From a virus, in the IMG/VR virus record IMGVR_UViG_3300042319_001922, positions 20,362-84,361 of that record: DNA of 64,000 bases; one strand, written 5' to 3'. The notes below the pieces were generated by a model. It saw only the letters and a list, made by a program, of their open reading frames with translations. It was not told where the DNA came from and searched no databases. Below are positions 46,617 through 56,051 of the stretch, piece by piece. Positions within the stretch are counted from its first letter, which is position 1, and every line of letters starts with the position of its first letter. The translations under genes and the position numbers were made by a program.

Positions 46617-46939
46617 TTCACTCGAAAACTTTCTCCACAGCCACAACGGTCACGTTCATTTGGATTGCTAAATTCAAATCCCTCATTTAGTCCGTTGCGC
46701 ACAAAATCAATAACTGTTCCGTCAAGATACGGCTTGTTTTTGGGATCTATAAAAATTCTCACACCATTGCTGTCATAATGTTGAACACAGTGCAAATGAG
46801 GATTGTCCACGTATTCCAACACATAGGCAAGGCCCGAACAACCAGTAGTGCGGACGCCAACTTGTATGCCCAGGCCTGATCCACGCTTGGCCAAAGATGT
46901 TTTAATTTTGCAAGCTGCCTTGTCAGTTATTGAAATCAT
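46613..46939 (-). CDS. iscA: A-type Fe-S carrier IscA
   Basis: TTGCSGLAY, FSNPN, CGCGESF. Confidence 0.96.
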   Translation of the reverse strand: MISITDKAACKIKTSLAKRGSGLGIQVGVRTTGCSGLAYVLEYVDNPHLHCVQHYDSNGVRIFIDPKNKPYLDGTVIDFVRNGLNEGFEFSNPNERDRCGCGESFRVK

Positions 46940-47316
46940 CAGTGTTTGCTTCTGTAATCGGCCACTGCGGCCTTGATAGCATCTTCTGCTAGAATACTAC
47001 AATGTATCTTGACTGGGGGAAGGGCTAGTTCTTCGGCGATTTGGGAATTTTTGATTGATCCTGCTTCGTCGAGTGTTTTTCCTTTGACCCATTCTGTAAC
47101 GAGGCTTGAGCTCGCGATAGCCGATCCGCAGCCATACGTTTTAAATTTTGCATCTGTAATAACACCTGTAACATGGTCAACCTTTATCTGTAGTTTCATT
47201 ACATCACCGCAAGCAGGTGCACCAACCATGCCAGTGCCCACAGTATCATCAATATCCATTTTGCCCACATTGCGTGGGTTTTCGTAATGATCAACTACTT
47301 TTTCACTGTAAGCCAT
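46939..47316 (-). CDS. iscU: Fe-S scaffold IscU
   Basis: MAYSEKVVDHYENPRNVG, APACGD, GCGSAIAS, LPPVKIHC. Confidence 0.98.
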   Translation of the reverse strand: MAYSEKVVDHYENPRNVGKMDIDDTVGTGMVGAPACGDVMKLQIKVDHVTGVITDAKFKTYGCGSAIASSSLVTEWVKGKTLDEAGSIKNSQIAEELALPPVKIHCSILAEDAIKAAVADYRSKH

Positions 47317-47331
47317 TGTGCTCTCCTGTTA

Positions 47332-47736
47332 TTAGTTACTGTTAAATGTTTGAGTAAACATTCGTCCGCGATAGTTAAATGTAACTATTTCACCTTGTTG
47401 AATTTGAACAGGAGTAAATCGGCACACTTGTCTTTGTTCTATTCTATTTGAATCTCGCCCAACTTCATTGCCAATGGCGCCGCCTATCAATGCTCCAATC
47501 ACAGTGCCTGCCACTTGATCATTTCGATTGCTACCAAGTGTGCTGCCTAGCAATCCTCCAGCCACGGCTCCAATGGTACCAGAGCCTGTGTTGCTTTCGC
47601 GATAAAATTCCTGAACATGACATTGTTGTTGTTGCACAGTGACAAATCTTGGTTGCACGTTTACCACATAGACATCTTGTGCTGTTGCCAGTGATGCAGA
47701 TACCAATAATGACAATGCTAAAAGTATTTTTTTCAT
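47332..47736 (-). CDS. Exported glycine-zipper 2TM protein (YcfJ-like)
   Basis: Signal peptide; GAVAGGLLG...GALIGGAIG. Confidence 0.8.
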   Translation of the reverse strand: MKKILLALSLLVSASLATAQDVYVVNVQPRFVTVQQQQCHVQEFYRESNTGSGTIGAVAGGLLGSTLGSNRNDQVAGTVIGALIGGAIGNEVGRDSNRIEQRQVCRFTPVQIQQGEIVTFNYRGRMFTQTFNSN

Positions 47737-47767
47737 AACGTTTCCTTTAAAAGGCTGCTAGCTACAA

Positions 47768-47796
47768 GTATACTACCTGCCGACTACAAAGTCAAC
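47768..47796 (-). promoter_or_regulatory. Sigma70 promoter for the glycine zipper-iscU-iscA run
   Basis: TTGACT-N17-TATACT. Confidence 0.7.
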
Positions 47797-47827
47797 CATC
47801 TTGGGCGACAATCAGTATGTGTATTTA

Positions 47828-48775
47828 CTACTTGGGTCGTTTGGATTTTTGTACTGGGTGAATCATTATTGATTTGCCAGCAACTGGGCAAAATTTGCAT
47901 TGAGGTATTACGTTATCAATGTTGGCCAAAAACTCACGCCCAGACTGGTCAAATTCATCAATGGTAAGGGGCCGGTAGCTGTGTAACAATTCCCGGTCCG
48001 AATCTGACAATGTTAGTTTGTGTTGAAGGTCAAATTCTGGCATCAGTGCCACTGGGCCGCATTTGTACAACGCACCGCGTATGAAATGATAATTTTTGTT
48101 CGTAGCAAACCCACATCCGTCATGTGCCTGAATTGGGTTGTTGTTGCAAACTGAATAACTACCGTCAGGATGTTTGGTTATTGCACTTGGCAAAAACTCA
48201 TTCTGAATCCAGACTGGAATTCTAATCTTATTCTCATTATCTACGTAACAGTAGTCGGCATTGAAGGGATTTAAATCACGCCCAATAAGAACCTCAGCCC
48301 GACCTTGCAGAAATTGTCTAATTATTTTATCAATGTCGTCAAATTCTGCCATGTTGTGTAAACTGACACCTAGCCAGTTGCCCATGGTGTGATTGGATCG
48401 AGTGTGTAGGTTACGCACTGCTGAATACTCACTTTTGTTTTTTAAAAACAATTGATATAACCCACTGACATGATTGAGACGATACCCGTTTGTTAATATT
48501 TGTACGTTGCAATCCCAAATAGCATTGATTCCAGTTACCCACTTGATTAGAGATGGGTTTAGCAAAGGCTCGCCACCGAGTATGACTATTTGCTCAGGTT
48601 TGATTTTGGTGGCCCATTTAGAGTAAGTCTCAGCATAGTCATCCCAGTTTTGCCAACCTTTGAAATCAAAGTCGTTGAAACGATTACAACTTGGACAAGC
48701 CAAGTTGCAAACATTTGTGATATAAAATTCTAATTTGGGTATTATTACCCGGTCTGCGTCAAGATTTAGCTGCAC
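47828..48775 (-). CDS. Radical SAM protein
   Basis: CNLACPSC, LGGEPLL, LTNG, additional C-terminal Cys residues. Confidence 0.88.
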   Translation of the reverse strand: MQLNLDADRVIIPKLEFYITNVCNLACPSCNRFNDFDFKGWQNWDDYAETYSKWATKIKPEQIVILGGEPLLNPSLIKWVTGINAIWDCNVQILTNGYRLNHVSGLYQLFLKNKSEYSAVRNLHTRSNHTMGNWLGVSLHNMAEFDDIDKIIRQFLQGRAEVLIGRDLNPFNADYCYVDNENKIRIPVWIQNEFLPSAITKHPDGSYSVCNNNPIQAHDGCGFATNKNYHFIRGALYKCGPVALMPEFDLQHKLTLSDSDRELLHSYRPLTIDEFDQSGREFLANIDNVIPQCKFCPVAGKSIMIHPVQKSKRPK

Positions 48776-49091
48776 GTTTGGCCATCTTATCTACCGTGGC
48801 CCGGGCTTGGTCAACACTCATGTCAGAATCGTCAACCTCGGGTTCGGCACCACGAAACTGTATTTCATTTGGTTCAACATTGGCTATCACCCCACTCAGC
48901 GGAGGTTGTTGGCTCAATGTCATCAGTTGCTGACGTGATAAACTAATACCCATGCCGTGAGCCAATTGAATAAATGCATCAGTTGAAATTGTTTTGGGGG
49001 CATCTGAATCAGATGCTCTTCCTAGCAAAAATTCAGCTAATGCAGCCAGTCTGGCAGAATCAACAGGGGCTGTTAGTTCATCTATTCGCAT
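48759..49091 (-). CDS. Hypothetical protein (probable late)
   Basis: 110 aa, starts MRIDEL. Confidence 0.7.
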   Translation of the reverse strand: MRIDELTAPVDSARLAALAEFLLGRASDSDAPKTISTDAFIQLAHGMGISLSRQQLMTLSQQPPLSGVIANVEPNEIQFRGAEPEVDDSDMSVDQARATVDKMAKRAAKS

Positions 49092-49927
49092 TATCGGCGC
49101 TCACGACCTAGTGACGATTTAACTTCGGTGTTGTCATCAGGTTCAGGCTCAACATCAACATCAACTTCTGCGTCAATTTCTGCATCAGGGGCTGCCATAG
49201 GATCCAATGCAGAAAAATCAGTATCTCCCGCGGCGTCATCCTCACCAGGTACAATTGGAGCTGTACCAGTAATTGATGCTTGAGCTGCTTCAAGTTGTGT
49301 TTTGCCTTGCTGTACTGCGCTGAGCAATGTACTAAGTGCCGCACTTGCTTGTGCTTGGAATGCAGTGGCCTGTTCAGTGCCCATGTCGTTTTTGATACTA
49401 TCAGTCAATGCTGGCAAGTCTTTAAACTGCATTTCAGAAATTTCTTCAGTCATTTTTTGCACACGATCCAACATGTCCTGACTGGCCAAAACAACTTGTG
49501 CAGTTTGAATTTCGCTTTCCTTGACCATGCGCTTTGTTTTTGCGCCTTCCTTTTTCATGAGAGCAATTGCAGTCATGGTTTTTTGCTCTTCAGGATTTAG
49601 CGTTTGACCATTGCTGGCTTTTTGTATAGTCTGCTTGGTCTTGGCATCGTTGACATCAATTGCCATTGGTGCTTCTCCCACTTCAGCTAGATGACTTTGC
49701 AGAGCTTGCTCCATCATGATTAGCTTTAGGTAGCTAGGATCTTGTTGACTTTGATAAAAGTCCGGAGTAGATCTGGCTTCTTTCACCAGTGAACGTACAC
49801 GGCGCAACATGTGTTGTGCCTGCATAGGGTTCATAGATTCGACCGCCAGGCGTTTACCTAGGTGTGTTTCGAATACTTTGGCGATTGTCTTTGTTTGACG
49901 CAGGGCGCCTAGTTCGTTCAATTTCAT
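49091..49927 (-). CDS. Helical acidic-tailed protein, possibly head scaffold/core-like
   Basis: Starts MKLNEL; coiled-coil character and acidic C-terminus. Function is inference. Confidence 0.55.
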   Translation of the reverse strand: MKLNELGALRQTKTIAKVFETHLGKRLAVESMNPMQAQHMLRRVRSLVKEARSTPDFYQSQQDPSYLKLIMMEQALQSHLAEVGEAPMAIDVNDAKTKQTIQKASNGQTLNPEEQKTMTAIALMKKEGAKTKRMVKESEIQTAQVVLASQDMLDRVQKMTEEISEMQFKDLPALTDSIKNDMGTEQATAFQAQASAALSTLLSAVQQGKTQLEAAQASITGTAPIVPGEDDAAGDTDFSALDPMAAPDAEIDAEVDVDVEPEPDDNTEVKSSLGRERR

Positions 49928-50381
49928 CGTTAAATCCTCTTATTTGCCAATATTTAGCCAAATCGGCACATTTGTCTAGTCCGATTTCAACTGTCTTTAA
50001 AAGCCCTTTTTTAGCTTCTAATTTGGTTAGTGCAGTTTCGCGTATTTCTGGATTACGAAACGTTTTTGTTAACTGGGAAGAAAAACTCACATCGTCTCTG
50101 AGACGGCGGCGTTTAGTGTCTAGCAGAGTGATTTCATCTGCTAGACGATGTTGTCTATATTTGTCTGCAATGCACCAGCTCAGGGCTGTTCTGATATTGT
50201 TAAAACACAGTGTCTCACCGTGACGTTTTTTAACTTCAACTGTGTCGATATTTTTAATAATAGTATATCGATCAAAGACTTCGTATCCTTGACCAGTGTT
50301 GATAATCATGTTGTTCTTGGCCAACTCATAGTCGGCAGACAAAAGCTGTTCTAGGCGGTTGAATGTTGTCTGAGTGATCAT
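49854..50381 (-). CDS. Hypothetical protein
   Basis: 175-aa ORF in the operon. Confidence 0.65.
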   Translation of the reverse strand: MITQTTFNRLEQLLSADYELAKNNMIINTGQGYEVFDRYTIIKNIDTVEVKKRHGETLCFNNIRTALSWCIADKYRQHRLADEITLLDTKRRRLRDDVSFSSQLTKTFRNPEIRETALTKLEAKKGLLKTVEIGLDKCADLAKYWQIRGFNDEIERTRRPASNKDNRQSIRNTPR

Positions 50382-50389
50382 TGGTGTGA

Positions 50390-50653
50390 TTATTTAAACA
50401 CGTACTGGGTCAACAGATATGAACATGCTGCAACCAAAATGCCAATGATACCAACTCCCCAGGTAACAACACGATCATTGTTTTTAGATGCCATTGCTTC
50501 AACTGTATGTTGTACTGACGATATAGACGCTACCAAACTTGAAATTTTTCCTTCAAGAGACTCTAGTTTTTCTTCAATAAACCGATACCTCTCGGCACAG
50601 AGCTCAACATGGGCTTCAAGGTTTTTCTTCTCTATTTCTGTAGCATCAGACAT
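50390..50653 (-). CDS. Coiled-coil plus C-terminal TM protein (XhlA-like architecture)
   Basis: HVELCAERY coiled coil, then a hydrophobic tail. Confidence 0.65.
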   Translation of the reverse strand: MSDATEIEKKNLEAHVELCAERYRFIEEKLESLEGKISSLVASISSVQHTVEAMASKNNDRVVTWGVGIIGILVAACSYLLTQYVFK

Positions 50654-50667
50654 ACAAATCCTTTTTT

Positions 50668-51105
50668 TTATTTAGCGGGATTACACCAGAACCATATATT
50701 CGGATTGACACCGTCGGGTACTAGAGTAGAGACAATTTGACTAGATTCTGTTAGATCCAGAATCATAGGAACATCACGGCAGTCTTGAATCAGTGCGCCC
50801 ACTGGATTGTCTGCTAATGTAATGGTTTCAATTGATTCAATAACAAAATCAAATTGCCAGTATTGTGTGGTATCGTGCGTGACAATCACCGGATTTGTTA
50901 TGTCATCTGGTAACACTCGCAACGAGATCAATTGGTTTAATGTTTCCCAATTTCGTTGTTGATTTCTAGCATGATGCCAGTCATCGATATTGCTGATGGT
51001 GGTTCCGCTATCATCAACAAAGGGTATGCGTGAACTTTTGTAGTGACTTCTCACCCCGGTTGCGGTGATGTCAAAAAGTGTTTTGCATTTTATTTGATGG
51101 GCCAT
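50668..51105 (-). CDS. Hypothetical protein
   Basis: TLFDITATG...QQRNWETL; TAAATA motif upstream. Confidence 0.7.
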   Translation of the reverse strand: MAHQIKCKTLFDITATGVRSHYKSSRIPFVDDSGTTISNIDDWHHARNQQRNWETLNQLISLRVLPDDITNPVIVTHDTTQYWQFDFVIESIETITLADNPVGALIQDCRDVPMILDLTESSQIVSTLVPDGVNPNIWFWCNPAK

Positions 51106-51126
51106 GGCCTGTATTTAACGGCCAAG

Positions 51127-51156
51127 AAAAACCCTGGAATTAATCCAGGGTTTTTT
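51127..51156. terminator. Intrinsic terminator
   Basis: AAAAACCCTGGA-ATTAA-TCCAGGGTTTTTT. Confidence 0.85.
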
Positions 51157-51172
51157 ATCAATTTAGAATTGA

Positions 51173-51637
51173 TTAGGCTAGTTTGAAGCCTGGGTTTGTG
51201 ACCAATGTGCCGGACACGTTAACACCAGTAACTGTGCCATCGCTAGAAGTGATCTGCACGTTGCCCAATGCCTGCAGGCTGGTTTGCAATGTGGCCGCAG
51301 TCCAAGCACCGCTTGGGTACACGCCAACAGAGATTTGACCTGTGTTGTCGCCTTCGACCTGGTACATAGCAATAGTAGCTGTCTTCTGAATGTCTTGGTT
51401 GATTTGAACCACAACACCCGGAGTGAACACGCCGCCCGAATAGGTACCAAGTTGGTCACGCAAATCAATTGCGCCAGCAGAACCGTCTTTGACTAGAATT
51501 TTGAAAAAGTCTAGTTTAGGACCAGCCATCTGCACTAGTGCATCAGTAGCGCCGATGTTACCGGTCTGAGGACCGTTGTTGATGTCTAGCGCAAATACTG
51601 GTTGCGCATCACCATTGAAAGGTGGAAAATATGCCAT
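51173..51637 (-). CDS. Probable abundant virion protein
   Basis: Own TATAAATA (51678-51685), AGGAG RBS and terminator; G/A/T/V-rich. Confidence 0.6.
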   Translation of the reverse strand: MAYFPPFNGDAQPVFALDINNGPQTGNIGATDALVQMAGPKLDFFKILVKDGSAGAIDLRDQLGTYSGGVFTPGVVVQINQDIQKTATIAMYQVEGDNTGQISVGVYPSGAWTAATLQTSLQALGNVQITSSDGTVTGVNVSGTLVTNPGFKLA

Positions 51638-51703
51638 TTTGAATCTCCTAATTGTTAATGGGCCTTAGCCCTACACTTATTTATACCAGATATCAAAAAA
51701 CAC

Positions 51704-53647
51704 TTACTTGGGGTTGTTTTGTGCGGCGTTTCCTGCTGAAAATACGCCACGATTTACTAACTTTACCAATCCAGTTTTTGTTGGCACAACAAAGCCCTCA
51801 CCCTCGGCAGCACCAGCTGTGCTTTGGCCAAGTCCTTGCACTTGTTGTTCCAGTTGCTGGGCTAGATTCAATTTTAAATTATAAATTGCATTCCATATAG
51901 CCAACAACCCTACATGGGCTTGACTTGGTACCGGTTTATTTGCTGCATCTAGTGTGTATAACTTGCCTGGAACATTATTAGTTTTGGCATTGTATTGCCC
52001 ACTTGCATCTGGGTTACCTGTAACCAGGTCGCTGTATTGTTTAGCACTGGATTTTGTTTTTAACCAGTTGGGCATGCTGAGAGTTGTGCCCCCAATGATG
52101 CGCTGATTAAAGTATGTTTGCATTTGAGCTCGTGTGCTGGCTGGAAGAGAATTCAACAAGTTGTCCACTGCTGTGCCATAGGTGCTGACTGCTTGCTTGG
52201 CCGAGTTGATCAATCCAGGTGGTGCAGTTAATTTGAATGTGATACCAACATTGGGCTTGATAATATCAACGCCACCTTGCACATTTTGCAGACCCTTGCC
52301 GTCCCAAACTTGCGCTGTTTGATCGCCGAGATTGGCAAACTGTTGGTGTACAACTATGCCCCCAGTTTTGCCGGGGATAGTCTGCCCAAGTTCGCTATTA
52401 GCGGGCACTGTGTATTGCACAAGATTGGGTTTGAATGTGTAGTTGCCACCTTGTGGTTTCAACTCGCCGGCCCACATTAGATCGCCCCAGTAGAATCCTG
52501 GACCCACTGTGGCTGCATCCAGGCCTGGCCATATTGCTTTGAGTTTGGGATACAGGTCTGTTCTTAAGTTGCCAGATTTTTTCTGTTGATCATACTTGAC
52601 CCAGTCCTCGGGACTCTGTGCCGGATACTTGGCATCAAACATGTACTTGTCCATTACAGCCAAGCGGCCATTGGGCAATCGTCCCCAGATCAAGGCAGGT
52701 TTACCGTCCCACTTGATGGTAGTTTTGCTGGCATTGGCAATTGCCCCTTGAAGGTCTTGTATGGCTTTGCTGGCCGCAGTACTGCCGCCTAGAAAAAACG
52801 CATCTTCGGGGTGTGGTATTCTAGGGTCTTTTTTCTTGACAGGTGCTTCATCTTCAATGATAATGTGGTATCCTTGATTGATAATTCTGTCACGCAGACG
52901 TGCCATGAAACCGCCTTCACTCTCTTGTACCTGTCCGGGTTCTTTCAATCCCTCACGAGCAAGATATTCGCGGAAGTCTGTTAACTTGGCATCTCGATTT
53001 GGATCCTTGTCTAGAGTGGCGTAGATACTCTCAACATTTTTAAGATTATCTTTTGTGGCATTGTTGCCCAGTATGGTTCGAGCCAATTGATCAGGATCCA
53101 GCGACACCACTTGATTTGTTTGTCGATCAATCACTCCATTAGCGCCAACCTTGAGTCCGCTGTGCTTGGCTAGGCTACTCAACAACACGTTTCGAGTCAT
53201 GCCCTTGTAGACTGAATTTGTGCCGCCACCATAGTAGAACACTCCCCAGTCTACGTTGGGGAAAAACATAAAATCTGTTTGAACATACCCTTGCTTGGGG
53301 TCTCCATTGATGGGAGTTCTCAAATGAACCTCGCCACCTTTTTTGATCCAAAGCTTGGGATCTTGACCCATGCTTGTGACCCATTTGTTTAGTCTTGCAA
53401 ATACTTCATCTTTAGAGATTTCGTTGCTGTCTACAGCAAGATCCATGTCGCCTGATGTGGGTGCTTTTCCAGTACTGCCCAACCACTTGACTGGCATCTG
53501 TGTTTCTTGATCAATTGCACTGGAAAAATCAAGACCGCTTATTTTTTCCAACCAGTTGACTGTGCCCGGTACATCGGCTTTGTTGATGCGCTGTGTCAGT
53601 GGCTGACCGCTTGCGTCTTTAAATACATTTCCGCCTTCAGCTAGCAT
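51704..53647 (-). CDS. Two-domain protein: Pol-beta-type nucleotidyltransferase plus ligase-like (KWDG) domain
   Basis: WLGSTGK...SGDMDLAVD...VQTDF, then TIKWDGKPA...GDLMW...EGEGFVV...KLVNR. Confidence 0.65.
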   Translation of the reverse strand: MLAEGGNVFKDASGQPLTQRINKADVPGTVNWLEKISGLDFSSAIDQETQMPVKWLGSTGKAPTSGDMDLAVDSNEISKDEVFARLNKWVTSMGQDPKLWIKKGGEVHLRTPINGDPKQGYVQTDFMFFPNVDWGVFYYGGGTNSVYKGMTRNVLLSSLAKHSGLKVGANGVIDRQTNQVVSLDPDQLARTILGNNATKDNLKNVESIYATLDKDPNRDAKLTDFREYLAREGLKEPGQVQESEGGFMARLRDRIINQGYHIIIEDEAPVKKKDPRIPHPEDAFFLGGSTAASKAIQDLQGAIANASKTTIKWDGKPALIWGRLPNGRLAVMDKYMFDAKYPAQSPEDWVKYDQQKKSGNLRTDLYPKLKAIWPGLDAATVGPGFYWGDLMWAGELKPQGGNYTFKPNLVQYTVPANSELGQTIPGKTGGIVVHQQFANLGDQTAQVWDGKGLQNVQGGVDIIKPNVGITFKLTAPPGLINSAKQAVSTYGTAVDNLLNSLPASTRAQMQTYFNQRIIGGTTLSMPNWLKTKSSAKQYSDLVTGNPDASGQYNAKTNNVPGKLYTLDAANKPVPSQAHVGLLAIWNAIYNLKLNLAQQLEQQVQGLGQSTAGAAEGEGFVVPTKTGLVKLVNRGVFSAGNAAQNNPK

Positions 53648-53894
53648 CACTTTTCCTAACACTGCGGGTAAATTTTGTTGAATCACGATCCCGGATAGCA
53701 TTCAACAACTTTCGAACTAGATTCTCGGCTTGATCTTCCGAGTAAGATTCCTCAATCTGTTCAATTAATCGTATGGCCGAGGCAATAACATTACTCGCAC
53801 GACTTTCAATGATGTATTGGCGATCTCGATTTGCATTGCGTTCAACGTAAATAGCGTCTAGTTCTTCTAGAATGCTGCGAGTTTTCTTTTGCAT
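53637..53894 (-). CDS. Hypothetical protein
   Basis: MQKKTRSILEEL...; TAAATA motif upstream. Confidence 0.7.
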   Translation of the reverse strand: MQKKTRSILEELDAIYVERNANRDRQYIIESRASNVIASAIRLIEQIEESYSEDQAENLVRKLLNAIRDRDSTKFTRSVRKSDAS

Positions 53895-53953
53895 AATAAC
53901 CAAAACCTTTTTTTTATTTATGGGATAATATTTAATATTAGGAATTGTTTAAA

Positions 53954-55405
53954 TTATGATTGTTTGATTTGTCCCAGCAATTGTTTGAGCTTGCTGCTCT
54001 GCACTTCGGCTGCAACTTTGGGTGCTTGTTCCCAGGCCGGTGTGCCTGTTGCCTTTTCCCAGGTTGATTTACTACTAGCATTGCCTTCAACTTCATCGGC
54101 GGCCTTGGCTTGACTCTTGGCCTTGATAGACTCGTATATGCTGGGTTTATTAAAAAATCCGCCACTGTTTTCTTGGTCGCCGCCTTCGTCTGTAATGCGC
54201 ATGGTTTCAATGTTGTATTCCAAATCAATTTTTTGTCCTACACCTGTTGAACTACGACTCTTCATACACTGAATCTGATACTTGCCACGTTCTTTCATGG
54301 CACGTGACGTAAAGATGCCAAACACATTATCTGCTGTGTTAATCTTTGAAATGCCGCCTGAAATGTGTGAGTGATCAAACTCAATTTCTTCCACCGCACT
54401 ACGATTCAACTGACTTGCTGTGACCAGCAATATGCCAAGTTCCTTGGCCAAGTTTCGTAATTCCTCACTTACATATTTGTCCTTGACAAACAAGTCGTTG
54501 GGACTGACCTTTGCACTCACTGGCATCAACAAATCAAGATAGTCAACCATCACAAAGTCCACTTTGATACCAGTTTGCACTTGTACTTCTTTCAAGTAAC
54601 TGCGCACATCATTGATGTTGCTTTGTGCTGGCAAACCTTTTACTCGATACTGCCCCGACTTCTTCCCCACCATTTTAACCTTGAGTTCGGTGGTATCAAT
54701 GTCTTTGCGAATGTCTTTGGTGCTCATACTGGTCAACATAGCGTCAGTTCTCAGAGAAGTTAACTCTTCTGACAGTTCCAGCGTGATGTACACACCGCTG
54801 AGTCCTTGTTGCAACCAGTTCAGCGCAATGTTCATCATCACAAGTGACTTGCCTGATCCAGAGCCACCTGCAAAAATATTCAACTCGCCTCGACTAAAGC
54901 CACCGTACAACAATCTGTCTAGTTGTGGCCAACCTGTGCTAACTTGGCCGCCTGAGTTGAAATACTTTTCAATACGGGCCTTGGGGTCAGCAAAATAATC
55001 TGTACCCATGTCCTTGGTAAGCGAAATTTGCACTGCGTCTTTGATTAGTTTCTCAACAGGATCAAAGTCTCCTTTCTCAAGCATGTCTGCTGCCTTGAGA
55101 ATCGCACGTTCTAACTCTTGTCGTTTGGTAAATGATTCAAATTCTGCCATGAACCATTCAAAATGCCCCTCGTTCAAGTCGGGCACATGTGCCAACGTTA
55201 CATTGCATGCGGCTGCAATTTGTGATCGGTCAGGTAATGTCTTGTATGTGTTGCTGTGTTCTTTAATAAACTCTGCGGCTTTGCGCAAACTTTTATCAAA
55301 GTTTTCTGGGTTGTAGATATTTTGTACGCGAACATAACTGGCCGCATCCTCTAACATCATTTCTAAAAATAATTTTTGGACATCAAGTCCGTACTCTTTT
55401 AACAA
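53954..55405 (-). CDS. DnaB-like replicative helicase (T4 gp41-like)
   Basis: GGSGSGKS, ITLELS, MVDYLDL, TASQLNR, KSR. Confidence 0.95.
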   Translation of the reverse strand: MLKEYGLDVQKLFLEMMLEDAASYVRVQNIYNPENFDKSLRKAAEFIKEHSNTYKTLPDRSQIAAACNVTLAHVPDLNEGHFEWFMAEFESFTKRQELERAILKAADMLEKGDFDPVEKLIKDAVQISLTKDMGTDYFADPKARIEKYFNSGGQVSTGWPQLDRLLYGGFSRGELNIFAGGSGSGKSLVMMNIALNWLQQGLSGVYITLELSEELTSLRTDAMLTSMSTKDIRKDIDTTELKVKMVGKKSGQYRVKGLPAQSNINDVRSYLKEVQVQTGIKVDFVMVDYLDLLMPVSAKVSPNDLFVKDKYVSEELRNLAKELGILLVTASQLNRSAVEEIEFDHSHISGGISKINTADNVFGIFTSRAMKERGKYQIQCMKSRSSTGVGQKIDLEYNIETMRITDEGGDQENSGGFFNKPSIYESIKAKSQAKAADEVEGNASSKSTWEKATGTPAWEQAPKVAAEVQSSKLKQLLGQIKQS

Positions 55406-55418
55406 GTTGTTTCCTTAA

Positions 55419-56051
55419 TCAAGTCAACCCAAGCACATGGGTATCTATTATTGTTTTTACTTCCTGATAATTTGTGCACAAATTAGAGTAATTTATGTCT
55501 GCATGCACAAAATTAAAATTCTGTTGAACTACAGTTTTTCCCAAAATTAGTTGTGGAACATTGTTCAAATATAAATCGTAGTCAAATATATCGTATGGTA
55601 TCTGGTGTGATTTTAAATCAGCAATAACTTGATGATACCGACGATGTTCAGCAAGCCAAGAATTTAAAAAATTCATGTTGACGGTAAATTCAACTGGTTC
55701 AACTGTTTCAAATCGCGAGTAGTGAAACTTATCAACCACCTGCTCAGCATAGTAAAGACTGGCACAACAATCAACTAGATTATTTCGTGTTGTTACTACT
55801 AACTGCATTGGTACTTCTGCAAGCAACTTAATTATGTCAACAGCAGTGGTATTGTGTTGATATAAATTGGTGCTCAATAGTTTCATCACTGAAGATTTTT
55901 GTCCGGCTGCCCAGGTATAGACATCATGTGCAATTTCGTCTCCACAGAACGGTTCGTTTAAATTTTTAAAATTAAACAATCTAGCCAATGTAAGCTGTAG
56001 CACCGTTGTGGCAGTTCTTGGCAATCCAAAGATTAGTATGCTAGCTGTCAT
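55419..56051 (-). CDS. Sulfotransferase-like P-loop protein
   Basis: IFGLPRTATT (PAPS-binding-like loop), NEPF, RNNLVDCCAS. Confidence 0.6.
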   Translation of the reverse strand: MTASILIFGLPRTATTVLQLTLARLFNFKNLNEPFCGDEIAHDVYTWAAGQKSSVMKLLSTNLYQHNTTAVDIIKLLAEVPMQLVVTTRNNLVDCCASLYYAEQVVDKFHYSRFETVEPVEFTVNMNFLNSWLAEHRRYHQVIADLKSHQIPYDIFDYDLYLNNVPQLILGKTVVQQNFNFVHADINYSNLCTNYQEVKTIIDTHVLGLT

